From NCBI GenBank assembly GCA_014654705.1, contig JACVZY010000111.1:54785-118784 (forward strand): a DNA stretch of 64,000 nt. Direction: 5' to 3'. This DNA comes from Ignavibacteria bacterium. Lineage in GTDB: Bacteria; Bacteroidota; Ignavibacteria; Kapaibacteriales; UBA4661. The translations under genes and the position numbers were made by a program. This document shows positions 38,932 to 48,557 of the stretch, piece after piece (position 1 is the first letter of the stretch; each line of letters starts with the position of its first letter). A model generated the notes under the pieces. It had not been told where the DNA came from. It ran no database searches and was given only the letters and a program-made list of their open reading frames with translations.

Positions 38932-39948
38932 ATGAAACTGTTTACGAATCTTCATTTCATTGGTATTGATTGGGCATATTCTACCAGATGCCTCTGTATT
39001 CTTGTGTGCCTGATGGTATTGAAAACGTTCTCCGTTGCTACGGCGCAGCAGTTTGTACCGCCCACCGAACCTGGTGTGGTGTACGCAAATGTCGGCGGTA
39101 AGGATTTGCTGCTGGATGTGTATGTGCCTGAAAATCCGCAGAAGCCCACATTTCCTGTTATTGTCTGGTTGCACGGCGGCACGTGGTTTTCGGGAAACAA
39201 AAATGGATTTGGCGTAAACTATGCCGCTTCGATGGTGAAGAGCGGCTTTGTGGTTGTTTGCGCAAATTATGTCACCAATAGCCGCTTTCCGGCACAGCTT
39301 CATAACTGCAAAGCAGTCATCAGGTGGATTCGCGCAAATGCCGGACGTTTCAAGATGGACACGACTAAAATTGGCGTGTGGGGCGAGGGCGCGGGCGGTC
39401 ATTTGGCGGCGCTGCTTGGCTGTACAGCCGACGTACAAAGCGCTACCTCCGGCGACGTGACCATTGATATTGAAGGGAATGTCGGTCCACACATTGGCTT
39501 CTCAAGCCGCGTCCATGCCGTTGTGGATTTGTATGGTCCGACCGATTTTCTCAAGATGGATGAAAACCCCGTCGAGGATTGTGCTAGTCCCATTACTCAC
39601 AACCAACCCACCTCGCCGGAAGCGCTTTTGCTTGGCGCGGCTATTACGACCATCCCCGATAAAGTAAAACTTGCCAATCCTGTTTTTTACGTTACCGCCG
39701 ACGACCCGCCCTTTCTCATTCAGCACGGAACAGCAGACTGCAATGTTCCGCCGAACCAAAGTGAGATTTTGGACGAGGCGCTGAATAAAGCCGGGGTTTC
39801 TTCGACGTTGGATTTATTGGACGGCTATCGTCATTGGGACAGTGGTTTTTATTCATTTGGTAATTTACGTCGTATTCGCACGTTTTTTGAGCAGGCTTTT
39901 TCTCCAAAGCCAGCCGCATCGAATACGCAAGAAGATAACTCCCGCTAA
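38932..39948 (+). CDS. secreted alpha/beta-hydrolase-fold protein (esterase/lipase-like) with Gly at the nucleophile position
   Basis: HGG oxyanion motif (VWLHGGTW) and HGTADCNVP. The nucleophile elbow reads GEGAGG instead of G-x-S-x-G. Confidence 0.7.
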   Translation: MKLFTNLHFIGIDWAYSTRCLCILVCLMVLKTFSVATAQQFVPPTEPGVVYANVGGKDLLLDVYVPENPQKPTFPVIVWLHGGTWFSGNKNGFGVNYAASMVKSGFVVVCANYVTNSRFPAQLHNCKAVIRWIRANAGRFKMDTTKIGVWGEGAGGHLAALLGCTADVQSATSGDVTIDIEGNVGPHIGFSSRVHAVVDLYGPTDFLKMDENPVEDCASPITHNQPTSPEALLLGAAITTIPDKVKLANPVFYVTADDPPFLIQHGTADCNVPPNQSEILDEALNKAGVSSTLDLLDGYRHWDSGFYSFGNLRRIRTFFEQAFSPKPAASNTQEDNSR

Positions 39949-40015
39949 TTTTCGTCGTCGGCTTGAACGTTCCCGCCATCAAGCTGTAACTTTTTCACCC
40001 CACACCTCGTTTTTT

Positions 40016-40465
40016 ATGCTATCTATTTCTATTACTCGCACCACATCAGGCTTTGACGACATTGCTTTGCCGCACTATGCCACCGAAGGCGCTGCCGGAG
40101 CAGATGTGCGTGCTGCACTCACCGCGTCTGTTACAATTCCCGCAGGCGGTGTGGCAATGATTCCCACGGCGATTGCGGTTCACATTCCAGACGGCTACGA
40201 AATGCAAGTACGCTCTCGAAGCGGCTTGGCGGCAAAACACGGTGTGTTTTGCTTGAATGCGCCCGGCACGATTGACAGCGATTACCGAGGGGAAATTAAT
40301 GTGATACTGGCAAATTTTGGAAAAGAAGCATTCACGATTGAGCGCGGCGACCGCATTGCGCAGCTTGTCGTGGCAAAGTATGAGCGAATTGTGTGGAAAG
40401 AGACCACAACCCTGAACCAAACCGAGCGCGGAAGCGGCGGCTTCGGTAGTACAGGAAAACAATAA
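40016..40465 (+). CDS. dut: dUTP diphosphatase
   Basis: [25 protein letters not shown] and a C-terminal [13 protein letters not shown] at 40016 avoids overlap with the upstream gene. Confidence 0.9.
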   Translation: MLSISITRTTSGFDDIALPHYATEGAAGADVRAALTASVTIPAGGVAMIPTAIAVHIPDGYEMQVRSRSGLAAKHGVFCLNAPGTIDSDYRGEINVILANFGKEAFTIERGDRIAQLVVAKYERIVWKETTTLNQTERGSGGFGSTGKQ

Positions 40466-40491
40466 CGAAACAAAACTGACGCAGGACGACC

Positions 40492-41049
40492 ATGAGAACA
40501 CGAAGAGGAACGGCAATCGTAGAAACTGAGCAAGGAATCTTGCTCAATGCCATGCCACGAGATTCATTCTTGCTGCCCGGTGGCGGCGCGAACTTCGGCG
40601 AAAGCCGCATCGCAGCAACTGTGCGCGAACTGTATGAAGAAACGGGGCTGAAGGCTTTTCACGCAATGTTTCTTTTTTCGTTCCAATCCCGCAAGAATGA
40701 CCATAAAGTTTTTTGGGTGCAGGCAATAGGCGTACCACGTCCGCTGCATGAAATTGAGCGAATTGGCTATTATGATAACAACGTCATCACGCATATTTCC
40801 GACCGCAAGGGAACACAATACCGAAATGTCGGCATCGAACACGCCTCCGATAGCACACGTGAGATTGTGCGCCTTTTTGGGGAATATAAAATGCAGCATC
40901 AGGATTTTTTTGCTGCCATGAGCCTCTACGCACACCGTATTGAGCAGCACTATGATAAACACTCATTTCTTTCCGGAGAACCCTTGTACGCTAAAAATGG
41001 TCTATCAATGCCAGAAGATATCCCAATAACCCAAGAGCCGCAGAAATAG
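40492..41049 (+). CDS. NUDIX hydrolase
   Basis: NUDIX box GGGANFGESRIAATVRELYEETGL. Confidence 0.75.
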   Translation: MRTRRGTAIVETEQGILLNAMPRDSFLLPGGGANFGESRIAATVRELYEETGLKAFHAMFLFSFQSRKNDHKVFWVQAIGVPRPLHEIERIGYYDNNVITHISDRKGTQYRNVGIEHASDSTREIVRLFGEYKMQHQDFFAAMSLYAHRIEQHYDKHSFLSGEPLYAKNGLSMPEDIPITQEPQK

Positions 41050-41284
41050 GGTGCTTCCATGTCCACGGGCGGCTTTTCGGCATGAGCGCCAGTGCCGCTA
41101 TAGTCAGCAAAAGCGCAGGGTGGAAAGAAAAAATAGTCGTCCCAATAGCCGATGCAAAAACAATAAAGTACAAGACGTGATGCGCTGCACCAAAGTGAAA
41201 AAGCCGCAGTTGAGCAATAATGCCAACCAGACCATTCAGGCAATACAATCCGAATGCGGAATAAAAGAGAATCTCGTGTGCCAT
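40991..41284 (-). CDS. small membrane protein (97 aa, about 3 TM)
   Basis: Strongly hydrophobic ORF starting 10 nt downstream of the methyltransferase gene stop. It overlaps the convergent NUDIX gene 3' end by 59 nt. Confidence 0.45.
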   Translation of the reverse strand: MAHEILFYSAFGLYCLNGLVGIIAQLRLFHFGAAHHVLYFIVFASAIGTTIFSFHPALLLTIAALALMPKSRPWTWKHPISAALGLLGYLLALIDHF

Positions 41285-41294
41285 TTGTGAATAT

Positions 41295-41885
41295 CTATTG
41301 TTCGGGTTTTCTATCGGTCAGCACCTCTTGAAGAGCCTCGTTTTCTTTAGGAATACGAATGACAAGCAGAATAAACGCATTGGCAATACTTGCTACGAGC
41401 GCAGTTTTCCACGCACCGAAGATGAGCGGCACAAAAGCTAACTCCAAAGCGACTGCCACATAATTGGGGTGATTGAGATAACGATATGCTCCTCGGCGAA
41501 CACGCTCCGCGCCCGGCACAACCAGAATACGAGTATTCCACGCCGCGCCCAAACTCCAGATTGCCCAATATCGTAAACTCTCAGCCACGAGAAAAATCAT
41601 AATGGATGCAACGGTCAGAATAATCATTCCCACATCGCCATCTGCCCAGAGCGACGGATTATGTGCGTTGAACCAGCCTTCAATGAGCCAGCCCAGCATC
41701 CACGAGACGTGGAGAAGAACGAACAAGAAATAATGCTCCGCTCCAAATTCCTTTGCGCCCTGTGAAATTGCGATTGCACGATTCTTTTCGGCAAGGCGTA
41801 ATTCCATAATGCGCTGCACAGCAATAGTGAGGAAAATAAAAATTAAGAGGATGCTCATAGCTGTTTGATTGTTTTTGATTGACAC
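41295..41885 (-). CDS. membrane methyltransferase, isoprenylcysteine carboxyl methyltransferase (ICMT) family
   Basis: Multi-TM protein whose C-terminal motif GAYRYLNHPNYVAVALE is typical of the ICMT/PEMT fold. It starts 2 nt after the PKS stop. Confidence 0.7.
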   Translation of the reverse strand: MSIKNNQTAMSILLIFIFLTIAVQRIMELRLAEKNRAIAISQGAKEFGAEHYFLFVLLHVSWMLGWLIEGWFNAHNPSLWADGDVGMIILTVASIMIFLVAESLRYWAIWSLGAAWNTRILVVPGAERVRRGAYRYLNHPNYVAVALELAFVPLIFGAWKTALVASIANAFILLVIRIPKENEALQEVLTDRKPEQ

Positions 41886-41887
41886 AC

Positions 41888-42943
41888 TTAATGACGGAAG
41901 AGAACAAACTCAGCACTGAAGCCGGGTCCGAGTGCCATCATCACGCCCAATTCATTTGATTTTGGGGTAGAGCTAAGAAATTCTTTGAGCGCAAAGAGCA
42001 CGGACACGCTCGACATATTGCCGTGATTGCGCAAGACGGAGTGCGCCGTCTGAAGCTGTTCCTGTGCGAGGTGCAAACTGTCTGAATACGCTTGCAAAAC
42101 CTTTGCACCCCCCGCGTGAACAACGTAGTGTTTGATTTCGCTGCGCTCTATTGCCCATGCCGTGCAGGCTTCATCCAGTAGAGTCGGTAAATTGCTCCGA
42201 ATAAGCGTTGGAATATCGCGCGAGAATCGCACCTTGAGTCCGGTCTCAATAATATCCCAGCCCATAATATCTTCTGAATCGTCGAACAAGTAACTGTGCG
42301 AAGCAAGGATGGATAGGTTTTCTGAGTTGTCTTTGTTTTCCAAAATTACAGCCGCCGCGCCATCGGCAAAGAGACTGGAGGCGATGATGTTCGATTTTGA
42401 AATATCATTGCGTTGAAAGGTGAGGCTGCAGAGTTCCACCCCTACCATAAGCGCATATTTGCCCACAGGAAGTGTGCGAACAAGTTCTGATGCTCTCGCC
42501 AAGCCCGCAACGCCACCTGCGCAGCCCAAGCCCCATATTGGAACTCGCTTTGTGGTGTTTGGCAAATGAAGCGCCTGAATGAGTTTTGCGTCTAGGCTTG
42601 GCGTAGAAATTCCGGTGGTGGAGACAGCTATCACCATTGCAATATCGCTGCGGTTAATTCTCGCGCTCTTAATTGCTTGTTCTGCTGATTCGGTGATTAG
42701 GATTTGCGCGGTCTCCACAAAGGCAGCACTGGACTCTACAAAACTTTGCTGATGGGCAAACCAATCTAGTGGTTTGGAAAAATAACGGCTTTCAATTTGC
42801 GTGTTCTCAAAGACCGGAAGCAAGCGTTCAAGTCCCTTGTATTCTCCCGAAAAGAGATTTTGCACAAGGTCCCGCACGTCGGTTTGCAAGACTTTATGCT
42901 GCGGGACAGATGTGGCAATACTGATGATGTGAGCGTTTGACAT
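41888..42943 (-). CDS. type III polyketide synthase (chalcone/stilbene synthase family)
   Basis: Catalytic triad contexts GLGCAGGVAGL (Cys), YVVHAGGAKVL (His) and HGNMSSVSVL (Asn). Confidence 0.85.
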   Translation of the reverse strand: MSNAHIISIATSVPQHKVLQTDVRDLVQNLFSGEYKGLERLLPVFENTQIESRYFSKPLDWFAHQQSFVESSAAFVETAQILITESAEQAIKSARINRSDIAMVIAVSTTGISTPSLDAKLIQALHLPNTTKRVPIWGLGCAGGVAGLARASELVRTLPVGKYALMVGVELCSLTFQRNDISKSNIIASSLFADGAAAVILENKDNSENLSILASHSYLFDDSEDIMGWDIIETGLKVRFSRDIPTLIRSNLPTLLDEACTAWAIERSEIKHYVVHAGGAKVLQAYSDSLHLAQEQLQTAHSVLRNHGNMSSVSVLFALKEFLSSTPKSNELGVMMALGPGFSAEFVLFRH

Positions 42944-42973
42944 GAAAATCGGTAAGAAGGGCGAAGTATTGTT

Positions 42974-43426
42974 TTATGGTGTGCTGTTGATTGCTGTTGT
43001 TCGCTGCCATGCGCCAATGAGATACACAGTTCCTATAAAAAGCGACACGAGTGAGAACACGAGGTCTTTCGTTTCCAAGTTTGCACCTGTTTTGCCTTGC
43101 AAGAGCATGACGATTTGCACAATAATCGCTAAGCCACGCGCAGAGTAAATGCAGCCAATAAGCCACAGAGCAGGTTGTAGAAGTGGCAACGTCTTCACAT
43201 AACCCGCGCCGGAGATGGCGTACAAGCCAAACAGTGCGAAAAATACCGTTACACCAAGCGTTATGAGGGCAGGCTTGAACGAGCCTGCTTGTGCGGCATC
43301 TACCATTTCTTTGCCGGCGGCAAAGTAGCGATATGCCTCAGCACCGACGAAAATCATGACGATGTGGAGAAGTGCCAGCGCAATGCTCAATGCGGCGGCG
43401 AGAGCGAGAGTCGTGGTGTAGGTCAT
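42974..43426 (-). CDS. membrane protein (about 4 TM), unknown function
   Basis: Hydrophobic 150-aa ORF. Its ATG overlaps the upstream nitroreductase stop (ATGA). Confidence 0.55.
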   Translation of the reverse strand: MTYTTTLALAAALSIALALLHIVMIFVGAEAYRYFAAGKEMVDAAQAGSFKPALITLGVTVFFALFGLYAISGAGYVKTLPLLQPALWLIGCIYSARGLAIIVQIVMLLQGKTGANLETKDLVFSLVSLFIGTVYLIGAWQRTTAINSTP

Positions 43427-44217
43427 TGATGATAATCACCTTCTTCGGGGGTTTCGCAAGTGTTTCGGAAGGCAAGCTGCGAGAGGCGTTTGCGTTGGTT
43501 ACTTGTCCAGTCAATACGCGGTCGGTCACGCTTTTCAGGCAAATAACCCAGACGATAGACCGCCATCAATTCCATATCATCGGGGACTTTGAGAAGCGTT
43601 TTGAGTTCCTGCCACGCTTCGGGAATTTCCATTGGGGTCGAAACAAACTGAATACCCATGCCGAGTTCGCCGACAGTGAGCCAGACATTCTCAATCGCCA
43701 TGCCAAGCGAAAGGATGCAGTAAAATCCCGAAAGGTCGCCCGGAATATACTCGTCTTTTTTGAGCAAAGCTGCCAAAAGAAGCGGACTTGCGCCGACAAG
43801 TTTGGTGTTGTCGGAGCCGAGTAGTTTCGGAACTCCCAAGCCGCGCATGACCTTGAGCGCTGTATCGGTAAAAATTTGCTTCACAAAAGGGCGCAGTGGT
43901 GCAGGTAATTGGTCAATCAAGATTCCCTCACGGCGCTCTTCCATTTCTTTTTCGTCGAAGCGGAAATATTTTTTGTAGCGAGAGAAAAAACGCCCCTCAT
44001 CAATAAGCTGCGTCATGGTCTCTCCGGCAATTTCCGATACGCGCTTCAGCATTGCGGGGTCGTCCACCAGCACAAAACGCCACGGCTGGGAATTAAAGTG
44101 GCTGGGAGCACGTCCTGCTGCTTCAATAAGCGTATGTTGGTCTTTCAGGGAAACGGGGTCGGGCTTGAAATAACCGTTGGTGGTGCGGCGTGAGCGAATT
44201 GCTTCGAGAAGTTCCAT
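43423..44217 (-). CDS. nitroreductase-family flavoprotein
   Basis: The N-terminus [16 protein letters not shown]...[19 protein letters not shown] is typical of the nitroreductase fold. Confidence 0.7.
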   Translation of the reverse strand: MELLEAIRSRRTTNGYFKPDPVSLKDQHTLIEAAGRAPSHFNSQPWRFVLVDDPAMLKRVSEIAGETMTQLIDEGRFFSRYKKYFRFDEKEMEERREGILIDQLPAPLRPFVKQIFTDTALKVMRGLGVPKLLGSDNTKLVGASPLLLAALLKKDEYIPGDLSGFYCILSLGMAIENVWLTVGELGMGIQFVSTPMEIPEAWQELKTLLKVPDDMELMAVYRLGYLPEKRDRPRIDWTSNQRKRLSQLAFRNTCETPEEGDYHQ

Positions 44218-44459
44218 TAGATAGGGAAAATAAACGAAAAATTGAGATTGGTGAAATTGCGTAGCAAAATATATTCATTTTTTTGACAACCGCCTACGAA
44301 TAAAATTCATACAAGCAAGGTAAAATCACGTCTCTACGTTGAAAATACTGTTTTTGCCAATCTTGTCAACCATTTTGGGTATGCCTCCAGTCTTATACTC
44401 TGAATCATGTACACTCTTTGTTTCAATTTTTTGTTTCACTTTGTATCGTGGAGAATTTT

Positions 44460-46547
44460 ATGATGATGCAAAAATCATTTCGCCCGCTTGTTGCTCTCAC
44501 GGCGGCATTATTCCTTTGGGGAGCAGTCTATGTGTTGGCAAATTATGTATTACCTCCCGTGCCGATTGGTGTCATTCAAGGCGTGGTACTGAGTGCAAGC
44601 GATTCCAAACCGCTTTCCGGTGCTACGGTGAGTTTTGACAAAAGCCATAGCACAACAACCGACGCGCAAGGCGCATATAAGCTGAAGTCTGTGCCTGTCG
44701 GTGTACACACAGTACGAATTTCGGCAAGTGGCTTCAAAAGTGTTGTCATTGCTGATGTGCGAGTAATTGCCGATTCTACACAGCGAGTTAATGCTTGGTT
44801 ATATCCCGGCGTGGACACGGATGAGAAGGGAGAAGAAAATCAACCGACCAATGAGACCGCGCTCAGCAGTGATGTGTCGGGCGCTCCGGCTGCTCAAAAC
44901 GTCACTGCAAATCGTGCAAAAGACTTTAGTTATTATGCGAGTGAGTTGCGGAAAGCCTTTGGTGGTCGTGCAGAGAAGCAGGATGCTAAAAGTATGGGTA
45001 CGCTCCAAAGAATGAAAATGTCCACCGTTCCGCAAGGATATGCACCGCCACCCATTGAACGTGAGAATAGTGGTTTCAATACGGAGGACTATGCCCACCA
45101 TAGTGATAATGAGTTTCTGGGAGCTATACAAAACCCACTTTCTACTTTCTCTATTGATGTTGACAACGCTTCGTACAGCAATATGCGACGTTTTCTGACG
45201 ATGCAACAAATTCCGCCCAAAGACGCAGTGCGGAGCGAGGAGTTTATCAATTATTTTCGCTATGACTACCCACAACCGAAAAGTGCGGAGCCGTTTTCGG
45301 TCAATACGGAGATTTCTGCTTGTCCGTGGAATACCGCACATAAGCTCGTTCACATAGGATTGCAAGGGAAAGAAGTGCCGCTTGCGCAGCTCCCACCTAC
45401 GAATCTGGTGTTCTTGATTGACGTGTCGGGTTCGATGGATTCACCGGAAAAACTTCCACTTTTGAAAGAGGCATTTACCATGCTGACGAAGCAACTCCGT
45501 GCACAAGACCGCGTTGCTATTACGGTTTATGCTGGAAACGCAGGTGTGGTGCTGCCGCCGACGGATGGCAATGACAAAAGTCGAATTTTGGCAGCACTGG
45601 ATAAATTGAGCGCTGGTGGTTCGACCGCAGGCGGTGAGGGCATCAAATTAGCATACAGTCTTGCGAAGCAGTATTTTATCAAGGGGGGTAATAACCGTGT
45701 CATTCTTGCGACGGATGGGGATTTCAATGTTGGTGTTTCCAGCGAAGGAGATTTGGTGCGGTTGATAGAGCAAGAGCGCGAATCAGGCGTTTTCCTCACG
45801 GTCTTAGGCTTTGGTATGGGCAATTACAAAGATTCCAAAATGGAAAAGCTTGCCGACAAAGGAAACGGCAACTATGCGTACATAGACAACCTCCGCGAGG
45901 CGCAGCGCGTCTTAGTCGGGCAGATGAGCGGGACGCTCTACACGATTGCAAAAGATGTGAAAATTCAGGTGGAGTTTAATCCTGCTGCCGTGCAAGCATA
46001 TCGCTTAATCGGTTATGAAAATAGAATGTTGGCAAAAGAGGATTTTAATAATGACAAAAAAGATGCGGGTGAAATCGGTGCAGGGCACACGGTAACGGCG
46101 CTGTACGAGATTGTTCCTGTGGGTGCGGTATGGCAGAACCCAAGTGGAAACTCGTCAGTTGACCCACTCAAATATCAAACGCCACAAGCTCCTCACGAAA
46201 ACAAACGCTCCGTCAATCCCAATGCTTCCGGCGAAATGATGACCGTAAAAATACGGTACAAAGAGCCGGAGGGTGTTGTTTCCAAACTCATCGAACGTCC
46301 TGTGCCAAACGTGGATGCGCCATTGCAAGCAGCTTCCAGCAACTTTAAGTTTTCTGCTGCCGTTGCTGAATTTGCCATGATTCTCCGTGAATCGCCCTTC
46401 AAAGCTCTTTCATCGTACACCCAAGTTCTAAGCCTTGCTCGTGAATCACTTGGCAAAGACCCCGACGGCTATCGCGCAGAATTTGTGCGCCTCGTGGAAG
46501 CCGCACAAATGCTACAAACAGGCGTTGTGCGCAATCAACGTCAATAA
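44460..46547 (+). CDS. von Willebrand factor A domain protein (CarboxypepD_reg-like N-terminus, VWA, DUF3520-like C-terminus)
   Basis: GGAGA lies upstream of the ATG at 44460. TM/signal segment and MIDAS motif LIDVSGSMDS. The overall layout resembles YfbK-type proteins. Confidence 0.75.
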   Translation: MMMQKSFRPLVALTAALFLWGAVYVLANYVLPPVPIGVIQGVVLSASDSKPLSGATVSFDKSHSTTTDAQGAYKLKSVPVGVHTVRISASGFKSVVIADVRVIADSTQRVNAWLYPGVDTDEKGEENQPTNETALSSDVSGAPAAQNVTANRAKDFSYYASELRKAFGGRAEKQDAKSMGTLQRMKMSTVPQGYAPPPIERENSGFNTEDYAHHSDNEFLGAIQNPLSTFSIDVDNASYSNMRRFLTMQQIPPKDAVRSEEFINYFRYDYPQPKSAEPFSVNTEISACPWNTAHKLVHIGLQGKEVPLAQLPPTNLVFLIDVSGSMDSPEKLPLLKEAFTMLTKQLRAQDRVAITVYAGNAGVVLPPTDGNDKSRILAALDKLSAGGSTAGGEGIKLAYSLAKQYFIKGGNNRVILATDGDFNVGVSSEGDLVRLIEQERESGVFLTVLGFGMGNYKDSKMEKLADKGNGNYAYIDNLREAQRVLVGQMSGTLYTIAKDVKIQVEFNPAAVQAYRLIGYENRMLAKEDFNNDKKDAGEIGAGHTVTALYEIVPVGAVWQNPSGNSSVDPLKYQTPQAPHENKRSVNPNASGEMMTVKIRYKEPEGVVSKLIERPVPNVDAPLQAASSNFKFSAAVAEFAMILRESPFKALSSYTQVLSLARESLGKDPDGYRAEFVRLVEAAQMLQTGVVRNQRQ

Positions 46548-46570
46548 TCGTTTCGATTGCTCTTGCTTTT

Positions 46571-46605
46571 GCCGTTCTATGGCTGCGCGTCGTAGAACGG
46601 CTTTT
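46571..46605 (+). terminator. rho-independent terminator
   Basis: Perfect 9-bp stem GCCGTTCTA / TAGAACGGC with a 13-nt loop, followed by TTTT. It lies 24 bp after the VWA stop. Confidence 0.6.
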
Positions 46606-46667
46606 GATAAGTGTTCACATAAAAATTACTATTTTGCAGCGAATGTTTTATTCATAACGAGGTTTTT

Positions 46668-47336
46668 GTGAACTCTACCACCGCACAAGCCCACGACAGC
46701 ACACTTCGTGCTCACATTGAGCAATACTGCCGTGAGCGGGATGAGGCGGCGTTTCGTGCGCTGTACGACGCTTGCAAGCAGGGTGTTCTGCGCATAGCGG
46801 TACATCTTTGCGGCAAAGGAGACGGTGCAAAAGACTTATCGCAAGAAATTTGGGTGAAGCTATGGAAACATTTATGCGGGTTCCGGGGCGAATCGAAAGT
46901 TATGTCGTGGGTGTATCGTGTGGCGATGACGACGTATTTAGACAAAAAGAATAACCTTGTGGGCGGCACGGAATCAAGGCGAAACATCATTCATGCTGAA
47001 ATAAGCGAGTTGGAAAATACCGATAACAACGAGATAAGTACCTCCGCACCTCCCAATGGACACGACCCCGAAAAAAGCGTCGAAGCGGCATCAGCACACG
47101 CGCTCGTGGAGCGAGCATTGGAGCGTCTCACGCAAGGAGAGCGCACTGTTTTTGTCGCAAAGCACTTCCACGACCTCACCTTCAAGGAAATTGCCCAAGA
47201 ACTCGGCACTCACGAGGGAACGGCGAAAACACTACATTTCCGGGCGCTAAAAAAAATGCAAACACTTTTGGCAGCACATTACGCAGAACTGAGCGACTCC
47301 CCATTTCTTCCATCACCAATGGCGACAAAATCATGA
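46668..47336 (+). CDS. ECF-type RNA polymerase sigma factor
   Basis: GTG start. Region 2 (DLSQEIWVKLWK...SWVYRVAMT) and region 4 (LTFKEIAQELGTHEGTAKTLHFRALKKM). Confidence 0.8.
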   Translation: MNSTTAQAHDSTLRAHIEQYCRERDEAAFRALYDACKQGVLRIAVHLCGKGDGAKDLSQEIWVKLWKHLCGFRGESKVMSWVYRVAMTTYLDKKNNLVGGTESRRNIIHAEISELENTDNNEISTSAPPNGHDPEKSVEAASAHALVERALERLTQGERTVFVAKHFHDLTFKEIAQELGTHEGTAKTLHFRALKKMQTLLAAHYAELSDSPFLPSPMATKS

Positions 47337-48448
47337 CTATTGCGCCCAGAACTCAAGCACTCATGCTCGCTGTGCTCTATGGCGATTATACGGACGCGGA
47401 GCGCAATGAATGGGAAGAACTCTGTGCCGAAAACCCTACGCTCCGGCAAGAATTGGAGCGTCTGAGGGCAACGGTTGCGATCATCAATCAAGCGGAAAAA
47501 CCGGATGAAGAGGAAGAAAAATTTTTTGCCACGCAATGGGATGAACTTCGGAGTCTGATGAAACCTGATGATGGGCTGGTACAAATTGCGCTACCCTTGT
47601 CGGAATCAAAATCGCAGCTAAAAATACTGCGTCTGGTGTCAGCCCCGACATACCGTTGGTACTGGGCTGCTGCGACAATTCTTGTTGCGGTGGGATTAAG
47701 TTTTAGTGTGTACCGTTGGCAGGAGCGAGATTTGAAAATAGCGCAAATACAAGACTCAGAAACTATTCCACAACCCAAGACCAATGAGGAGGGCGGTACA
47801 AGCGCAGCTCCCAGTAAACAAGCATTAAACCAAGCAGAAGGACATATCCAAGGCAGGAGCGAGGACATATCAAAAGCAGCACCGCAGAAACAAGCGGAGG
47901 AATACGGTATAATGCCAACCGAGCAGCCACGTGGCGACCAAGATCAAGTAAAAAAGCTATCGCAACCATCGCTAAAGGATGAAAAAAATATCGAATCTGT
48001 GCCCAAAGGTGAATCGCAGAGCAGGGAACAAGAAAACCGACCTTTTGAAAAGGCGATAGAGTCCACTAAAGAAATTGAGCGAAAGAAAGCAGATGCACCT
48101 GATGAAAAGGATGTACTGGAAAAGAATGCGACTGAAAAATTAACAAAGGAGTTGAAAAAACAAATGGATGAAGCAAGGGAATATGCGCCCAGAAGTGCTA
48201 CTCCACAAGGCTTCGATAATCGCTTGCACTTACAAAGTGTGCCCTCTGGCGCTGCCTCAAAAGTAGCACCACAAACTGCACCACAGGTTGCGCCTGAGCG
48301 AGCACCAGAGCGTGTTCCTCTTCTTGCCCCAGCAAGTGAAAAGCCTTCTACAGTACGGGCTTTATCGAAAGTAAAATTATCGTCCACTAATGCAACTATA
48401 CGTGCGGACAGCGCACAAAAGCGTGATGCAAGCCTTCAAAAGAAGTAG
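47333..48448 (+). CDS. putative anti-sigma factor (single TM, K/E-rich extracytoplasmic tail)
   Basis: ATGA overlap with the sigma gene. One central TM (YRWYWAAATILVAVGLSFSVY), with a low-complexity C-terminal half. Confidence 0.5.
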   Translation: MTIAPRTQALMLAVLYGDYTDAERNEWEELCAENPTLRQELERLRATVAIINQAEKPDEEEEKFFATQWDELRSLMKPDDGLVQIALPLSESKSQLKILRLVSAPTYRWYWAAATILVAVGLSFSVYRWQERDLKIAQIQDSETIPQPKTNEEGGTSAAPSKQALNQAEGHIQGRSEDISKAAPQKQAEEYGIMPTEQPRGDQDQVKKLSQPSLKDEKNIESVPKGESQSREQENRPFEKAIESTKEIERKKADAPDEKDVLEKNATEKLTKELKKQMDEAREYAPRSATPQGFDNRLHLQSVPSGAASKVAPQTAPQVAPERAPERVPLLAPASEKPSTVRALSKVKLSSTNATIRADSAQKRDASLQKK

Positions 48449-48557
48449 TGTGGTCGCACTGGGGAGGTGTACCAAAAAGTCATGCTGTCTCGTCAAAAAT
48501 ATCATGCACTTCCACCTGGCGGAAAGAGCCATCATTGCTTGGACTCTAGCATTGATT

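Noticed and set aside
38863-39492. 209-aa ORF antisense to the alpha/beta hydrolase gene; similar antisense ORFs at 57150-57800 and 61574-62155
   Set aside because: These are shadow ORFs within longer genes that have recognisable domains on the other strand.
39842-40015. Long N-terminal extension of the dut ORF overlapping the hydrolase gene
   Set aside because: The extension has no dUTPase similarity and overlaps the upstream CDS. The ATG at 40016 gives a normal 149-aa dUTPase.
46590-46610. ECF-type promoter (GAAC ... ) upstream of the sigma-factor gene
   Set aside because: The GAAC is the right arm of a perfect 9-bp terminator hairpin after the VWA gene, and no convincing -10 CGT element sits at the right spacing.
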